NCBI GenBank assembly: GCA_028534125.1
Contig: CM052844.1
Location: 248,001 to 312,000, forward strand
DNA from: Lama glama
Taxonomy: Eukaryota
Length of the DNA: 64,000 bases
Direction of reading: 5' to 3'
Part shown: in pieces, positions 38,001 through 46,980 of the stretch
How the letters are laid out: every line of letters begins with the position of its first letter
How positions within the stretch are numbered: the first letter of the stretch is position 1
Program-made: the position numbers and the translations under genes
Notes under the pieces: model-generated
Databases searched by the model: none
Seen by the model: the letters and a program-made list of their open reading frames with translations, nothing else
Told to the model about the DNA's origin: nothing

Positions 38001-38859
38001 TGGGCGCAGACCCAGCGTGAGCACACGGAAGTGCAGCAGGCCCTTTTGAGAAGGGGCCCCTACAAGGCACTATCCAGGACCCATCAGCCCAGCCACCATC
38101 CTCCCCCGAAGCCCCAGGCTCCCCGGTGGTCACTGCCGTTATCCCCGGTGAGCGAATGGATAGTCGGCACCTGCTGTGTGCTGGGTCTGGTGAGCAGGCA
38201 GCCCTGAGGCAGCGCAGAGCTCTGTGGGGAGGACTGGGACTTCAGGAAGGTGGTGGGAAAGCTCCCAGGAGCTGGGGGAGGCGGGCCGGGGAAACCTCGG
38301 TGGGGAATCTCTGATGCTGTTTTAGGACAGCAGCCACCAATGCAGACAAAGTTTGCTTCCAGTTGGATTTGGAGCAGCAGCAGGTCACGGGGTCCTGCTG
38401 GCTGCCCGGCTGATGCCACAGATGTTCGGGGCTCAGCTGGAGGCTCTAACCTCACTTCTCCATCCAGGGAGCATAGGGCGGGGACTGCTTCCGGAAGCCA
38501 GGGGCCCCTTTCACCCCGGAGGTCCCAGGGCTGCCTTCTGTGGGGCGGGGTGTCCTCCCCACGTGGCCCCAAGTTTGCATGTGACTCTTAGCAGGTGTTG
38601 GAGGAGGGCTGGTACCAGGCCTGCGCGGCTGTCTCTGGTTCAGTTCCCCCATGGGGCCACGGCAGGGCGGGCGGTGGGATGCGCGGGGAGGCGGAGGCCT
38701 GGGCTCCGCAGGCTCCAGGCGGCAAGGGCTTGGGAGGAGCCTTTAACGCTAATTGGGGATCTGATTTTGAGAAGGACTGGAGGGGCATGATGGGGCAGGG
38801 GATGTGGTGCCGGGACGGCAGCGACCAAAGTGGGCTGAGGTGCCTTCTCCCCTGACTTC

Positions 38860-39136
38860 GGGTTCTGTGGTCGGGCCGGGCGGTTCCTCCCCAGACAGCC
38901 GAAAGCAGCGTATCAGGCAGAATCAGGGCCACATCCTCACACAGGGGCCAGCTCCGTGTGACCGGCAGGGCCACCGCCTGCCCGGGGGCTGCGTCCTCCC
39001 TCGAGCTACCGTTTGTTCCAGCAGATGAGTTCTGGGCCTGCGGGAACCGGGGCACTAGCAGGCGCATCTCTGTGACAGAGGACAGTCTGTAAGGAGCTAC
39101 GTGGCACGTGGATTCTCTGTTCCAGTCCTGTGGTCA
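38860..39136 (-). pseudogene. Pseudo-exon (3' end approximate)
   Basis: ccctttcag|*PQDWNRE...TEMRLL...WPLCEDVALILPDTLLSAVWGGT; phase 0 matches the upstream exon. Confidence 0.5.
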
Positions 39137-40441
39137 CTGAAAGGGAACAGAATTCACGACAAATCACTGCTCTTGGGATAAAATGCCACGTGTGGCGAAG
39201 TTTGGTGTTCCAGCGATTTAAAACCACTCCTTTCTGCAAATCAGTTTTACAGTCACCAGTGCCTGTGAAAAATGCTACTTAAAGAAATCAGTCAGCTTCC
39301 TTGTGGTGACCCTGGGGAAAAAACGTCTAAAAATTGAACAAAGCAGTGAAGTCATAATTTATCTGTTTTTGTTCTCTGCTGGGACTGGGGTAGTGAAAGG
39401 CCCTTGTGGTCCAGTGTTCTGGGGTCACTGCCATGGGGCAGATCTAATGCACAGTAATGGAAAATGGGGTTTGGGGTGCGTTTGGGACTGTTTGGAGTAG
39501 AAAAGAGGAGGTGAGTGAAAGATGTTTAGGTTGAAATGCAACAATGTTACTTTATTAACAGCAGTGAATTCCCTTCAATGAAGGACACAAGTTAATCCTC
39601 AACTCAGTGTGGGGAGGGCCAGCCTCCTCCGAGGAGACCCACGTGCACAGCAAATGCCTGGAGGAAACACTCGTGGGGTTGGGAGAGCAGTACAGGCGGG
39701 CAGGACTTCTCGGCTCCATGGCCCCCAGCCCTTTAATCCGGGTCCTCAGAAGGTCGGAGGGCCCGCAAGAAGCACTGTTCCAACGCACCGGCTGAGCCCT
39801 CCCCTCCTGCCCTGCACCCTCCCCCTAGCTGTGCCACCTGCCTGATGGGACCTGCGTGGCGCCGTGACCCCCCCACCCCTGTGACCTGCTCCAGGGCCAG
39901 ACTCAGCGGGAGGCTCAGGCCAGCTGCATGGCTGTCTGCCCCCACTACCCACCGCCCACACCCTAGCAAGGAGGAAGGTGCCCTTGGGCCTCAATCCATT
40001 TCGTTCTCAGCAAAGGTGACGCTCATGGGCTGGGGGCCAAGGGCCAGGCAGCAGCTTCACCCCCAGGGATGCATCCGGACAGGACCTGCCCCCCAGCATC
40101 TCCCCACCAAGCTGCATTGGGTGGGGTGCATCGCCCCCAGCGACCCGGCGCCTGGGAGGGGCTCACCTGCAGGGAGGAAGGGAAAAGGCCAAGATCCCGA
40201 TGGGCTCTGGGTGGCAGGCGCAGGTGCGCAGGTCAGGGTCTCCCCTGCTGGGCGCCCAGACTTCCGGGGGGAGCCTTCTCGGCAGGGCTGACCAGGCCCA
40301 TTGGGATCCCCAGGGCAGGGGCTCCCCAAGGCCTCTTGTCCCCCTCGGCATGAGCTGGGTGGCTCCTGACCCTCGGTCAGTCCTGACCGTGCGCCAGGCT
40401 CCCTCCCCGCGGCACATGCAGGAATCCAGCACACCCCTAAC

Positions 40442-40658
40442 CTCAAATCTGGGCCACTTTGCTGGGAGAGCCAGGAGCAGCTGCCCTGCAAATGTCCTGG
40501 AGCATGCTGAAGCCTCTCAGGCCACGTCACACAGCGACATCGTCAGCTCGCGCTGCTGGGAGCAGCTCGGCCTCGAGGGCCAGATCCTCGGAGGACTTCC
40601 GTGCCCACACAGACTGCCTGTCTCAGAGGTGTCAGAGGTTAGTGCCCACCGGAAGATC
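40442..40658 (-). pseudogene. Pseudo-exon (217 nt, 1 stop)
   Basis: cacacag|g IFRWALTSDTSETGSLCGHGSPPRIWPS...LCDVA*EASACSRTFAGQLLLALPAKWPRFE|gttagg. Confidence 0.55.
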
Positions 40659-40802
40659 CTGTGTGAGCAGGACACCAGTCACCTCCAGGCGATGGCGCAT
40701 GCGTGTACACGTGTGTGCACACGTGTGTGTGTCCAGAGGGTGGTTCACATGATCTACAGCAAGCACTGCATCGTGTCCTGTGTGGGTCACAGAACTGCTC
40801 AC

Positions 40803-41382
40803 CTCAGAGCCTAGGAGCCACGCGGGGAGGCAACGCTGACAGGCCGGGGACAACTGGCGCCCTACACAGGCTGGTGGCAGCGAGGCCAGCCCAGCCTGCT
40901 CCGCTGTGGTCTGCAGACCTCTGCATTGGCCCATGCCGGGGATGGAGAAGCAGGCGTTTGGAGCAAACCCCCAGGCAGGTTCACAGAGGCTTCCCAGGAT
41001 GCACAGTCAGGGTTGTGCCGAGCAGGTGTGCACCTGGGACGCCGCTGGGCTCACTGGGAGCAGCAGGCAATGTGAGCACACGCCCGCCAGGTGCCCAGAT
41101 CACACGTGGGAACAGACTAGAAAGAAGCCGCTGGGTCTCCACCACAGAGATTGCTTTGTGTTTCTCTTGTCGTGAGGACGGCCACGTTTTGCTTTGCTTT
41201 ATGTGTTTCCACACTGACTCCTCCGGTTTGCTCTGAGGTGGGGACCACAACGTGGTGAGTGAAGGCAGCGTGCTGCCAGATGCCAGCAGAAACATCCCGC
41301 ACACGTCATCCAAACAGGGTAGAGACTTGCATTTGAAGACAACAACCTTGGGGACCAGAATTTTGGCAGCAGTCAGGGGCTA
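40803..41382 (-). pseudogene. Large pseudo-exon candidate
   Basis: gtcttcag/tag|PLTAAKILVPKVVVFKCKSLPCLDDVCGMFLLASG...AISVVETQRLLSSLF (132 open codons); donor CTGAG|gtgagc at 40803. Confidence 0.45.
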
Positions 41383-42677
41383 CTGAAGACAGCACGTTGT
41401 CACCAAGCAGGCCAGGCCTGTGCCGCTCGGTGGTGGGAACCCAGGATTCCCCAGCATTGGCCCTCATGGCCTTCCTTTCACGCATGTGGCCCCTGGTGTC
41501 CTTAGCTCTTGTCTGCGGGAGGTGTCCCGTGGTCCTATGGGGGGAGCCAGGGCCAGCTGGCGGCTGGTGCCCAGGATGGCTAGGCTCAGAGGAGACGAGC
41601 TGGTGCCGGAGAGAAACCTCAGGACCAAAGGGCTGCGGACATGCCGGGCAGTGGGCAGAGCACCTGGGCTGGAAGGATGGCGCTGCCCTGGCTTCCCCAC
41701 ACCTCCTGAGGGTCTGTCTCCTCACCGCTCCCACGGTCCGGCCCGCCCAGGGTCCTCCGTGTGGGCTGGCTCTCCTGCTCTGGCTCCTTCCTGTGCGCCA
41801 GCCCGACTCATCCCCGCGGGGGACCTGGGGCCCTGCTCTGTCCCGCTGGGCTGCAGCCAGCCCACTCACCTCACAGAACCTCAGTGCAACCAGAGTGGAG
41901 ACGGTCTGTCTGAGTATTGGGGAAGGTGCGTGGCACTGAGGAGTCTCGAGAAACGTACATTCTTGTTTCCATAGGTCTGCTGGCAGGTTCCACCTTAGGC
42001 ACTCAGCTTCCTGTCTGCACTTCAAATGCAACCAGCAAAAATCCAGACAAAGCATCATCACGCTGCGTGGTTACTCCCGATGTTTCTGCCGTCCCGGTGG
42101 AGGGTTCCTGCCCGTTTTCCTGTGACCGAGGCGCCTCCCTGTGGGGGAGGGGACCTTCCCCCTGGTCAGTGGCCGGCCTGGTCACTCGCTGCATGGAGTG
42201 AACGTAAGGTACGTGGACCCCCCCGCCAGTGGGAGGTTTAGGACCATGACAGCCCTGCTGCTGCCCACGTCCCTCTGCCGGAGCCTAGCTCTCCTCCAGT
42301 CTCACTGCTGCACTGGAAACGGGAGCAACGTCTCAGGACTGCTGCGTCGCGGCTAGAATGCCCAGGACAGGTCTCCCTAGGTGGGGCCGCACTGGGGTGG
42401 GTCCCACAGAGAGGGGCAGCTGCGTCTCAGCACTCTGGTCCCAGCGCTGGGGAAGTGGCTCTCAGACAAGTGTGCGTAGAGCTTTTTTTCCAAATGACCA
42501 CCTGAAACTGGTGCTATTCCCGTATCTGCTACAAAAGACCCCCAATACCTTTCAGAAAGACAGCTGGACGTGGTGCCCAAAGCCTGGGGTGCGGGAACTG
42601 ACAGAAGCATCCTGTTACTTCAGAGCACCGGCCTCATCCTGTGCTCCTTTCAGCTCGGACTGAGCCCCTTTACTCAC

Positions 42678-42862
42678 GTGCTCCCGCTTCTTCCTACGGA
42701 AGATTCCAAATGCACACAAATTGGGCAGAACTGCGGCTTTCCAGGGAAGACCAGCCGACTGTGGTCCCTCTGGGCCCCCGCCCTCCCCGCTGTGCCTGGG
42801 GATGTTCTGATGCAAACCCCAGACACCACGTCATTTCATCCATAAACATTTCAGTACTGTTC
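42678..42862 (-). pseudogene. Pseudo-exon E (185 nt)
   Basis: ctccttttttag|EQY*NVYG*NDVVSGVCIRTSPG...cac|gtgagt; TGA stops compatible with CGA decay. Confidence 0.55.
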
Positions 42863-42988
42863 CTAAAAAAGGAGCTTTTAGAAACGCTACACCTCACCTA
42901 AAAGAAAAGAATATTCGTTACTATCATACGTCTGTTCAATGTTTAAAATTCTGACCGTGTCATGCCGTGTGCTTTCACGTCTGCCTAC

Positions 42989-43164
42989 CTTCAGTTTGTG
43001 TGAATTAGGACCCAGACGAGCCCGCGTTAGGACTGGATGACACGCCTCTGTCTTAGCCAAAAGGCTCTCCTCTCTCTTCTGCTTTTCTTGCAAAGCACCC
43101 TTTGAAGACACCTCTGGAGTCCCCAGCAGCCCCCTTCTGCATATTGGATACTGACGAAGCCCCT
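42989..43164 (-). pseudogene. Pseudo-exon D (5' ~27 nt L1-derived)
   Basis: ...RRGLLGTPEVSSKGALQEKQKREESLLAKTEACHPVLTRARLGPNSHKLK|gtaggc, open frame, phase 0 into exon E. Confidence 0.45.
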
Positions 43165-43552
43165 CTGAAAGGGCTGCATGATGTGCGATTCCAACTACAT
43201 GATGTTCTGGAAAAGATAAAACCGTGGACACAGCGGACAGTCGGTGGGGCCGGGGAAGATGAATGGCGCAGAGAGGATTTCAGGCAGTAAAAATCCTCTG
43301 CGTGACACGGTGACGCTGGATGTGTCCAAACGCAAAGAACGTTCGACTCCAAGAGTGAGTTTCACTCTGAGCTGTGGGTTTGGGGTGATGATCCTGTGTC
43401 ACCATAAGTCCATCAGTCGTAACAAAGGTGCCATCTGGGGGAGGCAGGTAACAGGGGCTGTGCGTGGAGGGGGCAGGGCTGTGCGGGAGTCTCTGTACCT
43501 TCCCCTCAATTTCGCTCTAAACTTAAGCTGTTCCAAAAATAAAATTTTTTAA
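43138..43552 (+). mobile_element. 5'-truncated L1MC-like 3'UTR insertion abutting pseudo-exon D
   Basis: tgcatatt...tctgaaagggctgcatgatgtgcgattccaactacatgatgttctggaaaagataaaacc...ctctgtaccttccc...aaaaataaaat. Confidence 0.8.
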
Positions 43553-44157
43553 ACAATATGCCTAAGAAACTGAAACAACACACTGAAATGTTACCGTGGT
43601 TAGACTTGGTGGCAGGGTCAGAGCATTTTTTCCTTCGTCCCCGATGGTTTATGTTAAAAAGTTCACAATTAGACTCATTTTAAAAAGCCAGGCACGTGAC
43701 CACTGGAAAGTACAGTAAATGCTGGCTGTGACTGTCACCTCTGTGTGTGACGAGTGTACTTGAAACCAGGCTGCACCTCTGAACATGAGTGTACGCGCGC
43801 ACACACACACGGTGCACACACAGCAGACTGTGCGTGGGCTGGATTGACTCTGATCTTGACAGTAACAGCTCCATGGACACAACGCAGCATGAAGCGCCCC
43901 TCCAGGCATACAAGTGGGTGGCCGGTCACTCTGAGCGTAGCCGTCCTCCACCCTCTCCAGGGTCCGCACGGGGAGCACGGGGGCCCCCGCCCAGATGCCT
44001 TGGCAGCCCGGCCCTGAGTCCAGGTTCCCGTGAGGAGTGGGCCTGTGGACCAGGTTGGACCTAGCCGTCCATCCATGTTGGCACCTGCATGTTACAGCTT
44101 CACGGTTGTTTTAAAAACGTAATGTGAAAAACTCAGATGGGGCAGGAGTCCACTCAC

Positions 44158-44320
44158 GTTTACACAAAATTTCAACCTCCCCTTTCTCAAGGAGGAAAGG
44201 AAACCTTCACCGAATCTCCAGTGTTACAGATTTTTGAATGTTGGTAAATAAATGGCCTAAGATTTATTATCTACTTGTGCCAACAAGATTTCTCTCTCTC
44301 AATTCTTGGTCATGAATTTC
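44158..44320 (-). pseudogene. Pseudo-exon C (163 nt, 3 stops)
   Basis: ctgttag|EIHDQELRERNLVGTSR**ILGHLFTNIQKSVTLEIR*RFPFLLEKGEVEILCK c|gtgagt. Confidence 0.6.
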
Positions 44321-44508
44321 CTAACAGTCATTTTAAGCATAGGGTCTGACATTTAAGTTACGTTCAAGGAAGCAAGTTCCAAGTTTCCTATTAAAATTCT
44401 AAAAAAGACGTCATTTGGGAGAGTGGCACTGAATTCAGCATTTCCCCCAACCTCAGCGCGTTTCTCTCTGCATGACCATCAGGGCTGCTGGCCCCGGGCA
44501 GCCCTTAC

Positions 44509-44659
44509 CTGAGAGGCGAGCTGGCCACGCTGGTGGCAGCTCCACAGGAGGCACGAGGGGCCCCAGGGACTAGCAGCCCGACACCCAGCCCTGCTGGCCC
44601 CAGCCTCGGCTGAGCCAAGTTTTAAGTAACTGTGTGGTTTGCTCCAGCGCTGGACACAC
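44509..44659 (-). pseudogene. Pseudo-exon B (151 nt, one frameshift)
   Basis: cctttcag|VCPALEQTTQLLKTWLSRG...(shift)...CLLWSCHQRGQLASQ|gtaagg. Confidence 0.55.
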
Positions 44660-44935
44660 CTGAAAGGTGTGCATCAACTAAGGCACAAGGGGGAGATGTC
44701 GCCCTGCCGCCCTCTCCCGGGAGCCTTGCCCTTCTGCTTTGGAAGTGAAGACCCCGGCTCCCCCAGGACAGCGGTGGTCCCTGCTGGCTCAGCGTCCACT
44801 GGCAACAAGGCTGCAAGACGCCGCCAGTGCTGACCCTTTCTAGAAGTACCCACCTAGGAGGCTGCTGTGTTTGCACTGAGGTTACTCAGCGTCACAATCC
44901 TGCCATCTCCATTTCTAGCCTAACAGACCACCTAC

Positions 44936-45042
44936 CAGGGGGGTCCCTGTTTCTGTTCCATGGGAACGGTTTTGACTGGAAGTCTTGGAGGGCCGCATTG
45001 CTGCCGTCGTGGAGGGTGCTGAGTGCGTGCATTCACATCCAC
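44936..45042 (-). pseudogene. Pseudo-exon candidate A (possible first coding exon)
   Basis: MHALSTLHDGSNAALQDFQSKPFPWNRNRDP then donor CTG|gtaggt; C-run may hide a 1-nt slip. Confidence 0.35.
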
Positions 45043-45254
45043 CTTGGTGGGGAGACGAGGCAAGGGCTGTGCCTGGACTCCTGACGGCTGCCTACCCACA
45101 CACATCCCCATGTGCACTGTGGTACTGCCCCCACCCCACCGCTGGGAGAGTGGATGACACTGTGCAGAAGGTCTGCCCTGAGTGCCGCCAGCAGAGGGAG
45201 GCCAAACCCTGGGAGGAGGATTCAGGTTTCCAGTGACACCTAAGCATCTAACAC

Positions 45255-45370
45255 CTGGATCCAGCCGAACCTGAAGCTGCTCCGTAACTTCTCAGACAAG
45301 TGCCAGCACAGGAAGATAAGCTCACTGGAGCTGTGACTCTGTTACTTGCAACAGAGAAAGTATTAAGAGC
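45255..45370 (+). mobile_element. MLT1-like LTR fragment
   Basis: cctggatccagccgaacctgaagc...ctctgttacttgcaacagagaaag. Confidence 0.5.
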
Positions 45371-46124
45371 ACACAGCCTTAGCCTAATGCTCACTTTTAA
45401 TTCAGTGATTAGCCCAGAAAACGGAAAGAAAAATGTCCGCTGTGTTGGTGTCGAGTTGAAGCAGCTCACCCGCGACGTCTCAGCGAGTCAGCACTGAAGT
45501 CTCTAATCAACGCCTCAGGCAGCTTAGCCGACACTATAGCCCCAGGCTCCTTCTCCATGTGACCACCACAGGTCACAGACACAGGCTGGGCTCCGGGTTC
45601 TTCCACCTGCAGCCCGCCACCCAGCAGGGAGCACACAGGCAGGGCCCCGAGTGGCTGCCTCAAAGGGGCACAAAGGCCAATTCGCCCGCTGCCCACCCCG
45701 GGGGCCGCGCGCGGCCTGAGGCCAGAGCCGAGGTCCCAGGGCAACCCCAGCCCAGGCCGTCTGGTGCCACGTCGTGTACAAAGTCTCACTCTCTACCTTG
45801 TCAGGGGTGAGGACCTACCAGCAAAGCTGCCTCAGTTTCCTTAGGCGCCTTAGATCTGATTTCCATAGATCTAGTAATCAGAAATGACACCTTTGAAAAG
45901 CTCCTCCCAGTAACAGGAAAACAGCCACGGAATGGCTTCAGAGAGCACCTGTTTTTGTTTAACCTTCCAAGGCCCCGGTAACTCAGCCAGGAATCTTCTG
46001 AGACACCTTCTGCCCCGCGAGCTCCCTGACAGGGTGGCGGTGCGGGGTGGCTCACCCACGCGGTGCGTGAGCTGGATCCTGCACAGAGGGAGTGGGGCAG
46101 AGGAGAAGGCTTACAAAAAGGACT

Positions 46125-46130
46125 TTTATT
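46125..46130 (-). terminator. CTDP1: CTDP1 polyadenylation signal AATAAA (3'UTR approx 46105-46835)
   Basis: TTTATT on + strand in a U-rich context (minus: TTTCATTTAATAAAAGTCCTTTTTG) about 710 nt after the stop. Confidence 0.85.
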
Positions 46131-46835
46131 AAATGAAAGAAAAAATCTGTGTGTCAAATACGAAATCGATATACAAAACTTTACATCCGATCTCGCAGGG
46201 GAGCCAGGCTGCTACTGAGGGCAGCCCTCTGTCCAGACTCCAGACACCTGCGGAGGAAGGGGGCGGTCTGGGTGTGTGGAGTGGACCCCGTGCTGGAACC
46301 CGGGTCGCTGCAGAGCTCCAGGGGCCCGGCTGCCTCGGTGCTGCTCCCTTGGGCCCCCTAGGCCTGTCCACCCGATGTCAGGTTTTGACGCACGTGACTG
46401 TTCTGCCTCAGTTAACATCCAACACGTTTGTTTGGTGGCTATAGTTGTGAAAAAGCATGAAAATGTGGGTTCTCATGACATCGTCCCCCACGTGGTGTCG
46501 GATCCCCAGTCTCCTCCCTAAATGAAGTGCGGTATTTAGGGAGCCCCCCCCAAGCCCCTCATTGCCTGACAGCAGACCACAAGCTCCAGCTCGCCAGGCG
46601 GCTCCGCTGAGCTGACCAGCATCTTTGGCATGAACCACGCTCCCCGTCACACGCTGTCACTTAAAAAAGTTGGCTTTCCTGTAGTAAAATTTCTAAAAAC
46701 ACCTATTTTCTTCAAAATAACGTGTTTCTGTATGTGGAGCTGTGCTAAACAGACACGTCCCTCTGGAGAAAAGGCAACCCCACCGGGGGCGGCCTGTGCA
46801 GACGGAGGTGGCCGTGTGCCAGCCCCGCCCGGCGG

Positions 46836-46980
46836 TCACATGAGGTCGCCCAGCTCGGCCTCCAGCGCAGCCGCCATCTCGTCTGCCTCCGAGCTGCCCC
46901 CCTCCTCGTCCTCGTCCTCCTCGTCCTCGCAGCTGGACCCGCTGGCAGCATCCCCCTCGCTCAGCTTCCGCTTGTGGCCC
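46836..46980 (-). CDS. CTDP1: CTDP1 last coding exon (13 equivalent) to stop TGA
   Basis: cacag|G GGC CAC AAG CGG AAG CTG; GHKRKLSEGDAASGSSCEDEEDEDEEGGSSEADEMAAALEAELGDLM*. Confidence 0.96.

Larger units (their letters stand above)
22042..45042 (-). pseudogene. Putative multi-exon unitary pseudogene encoding tandem pol-beta-type nucleotidyltransferase-like (RlaP/Nuc-transf-like) domains
   Basis: About 15 co-oriented exon-like segments, mostly with AG/GT boundaries and several phase-compatible junctions; protein-like translations with few stops or frameshifts; GS-x8-DSD motif at 33696-33734. Confidence 0.6.

Noticed and set aside
43733-43772. Tiny minus-strand exon candidate (VQPGFKYTRHTQ)
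   Set aside because: Weak splice signals next to a (CA)/(GC) repeat; phase does not fit neighbours convincingly.
44509-44659. Resemblance of LLKTWLSRG to NOL6/PAP-associated helical domain or to FANCA
   Set aside because: Only a few residues match; not enough to name a family without a search.
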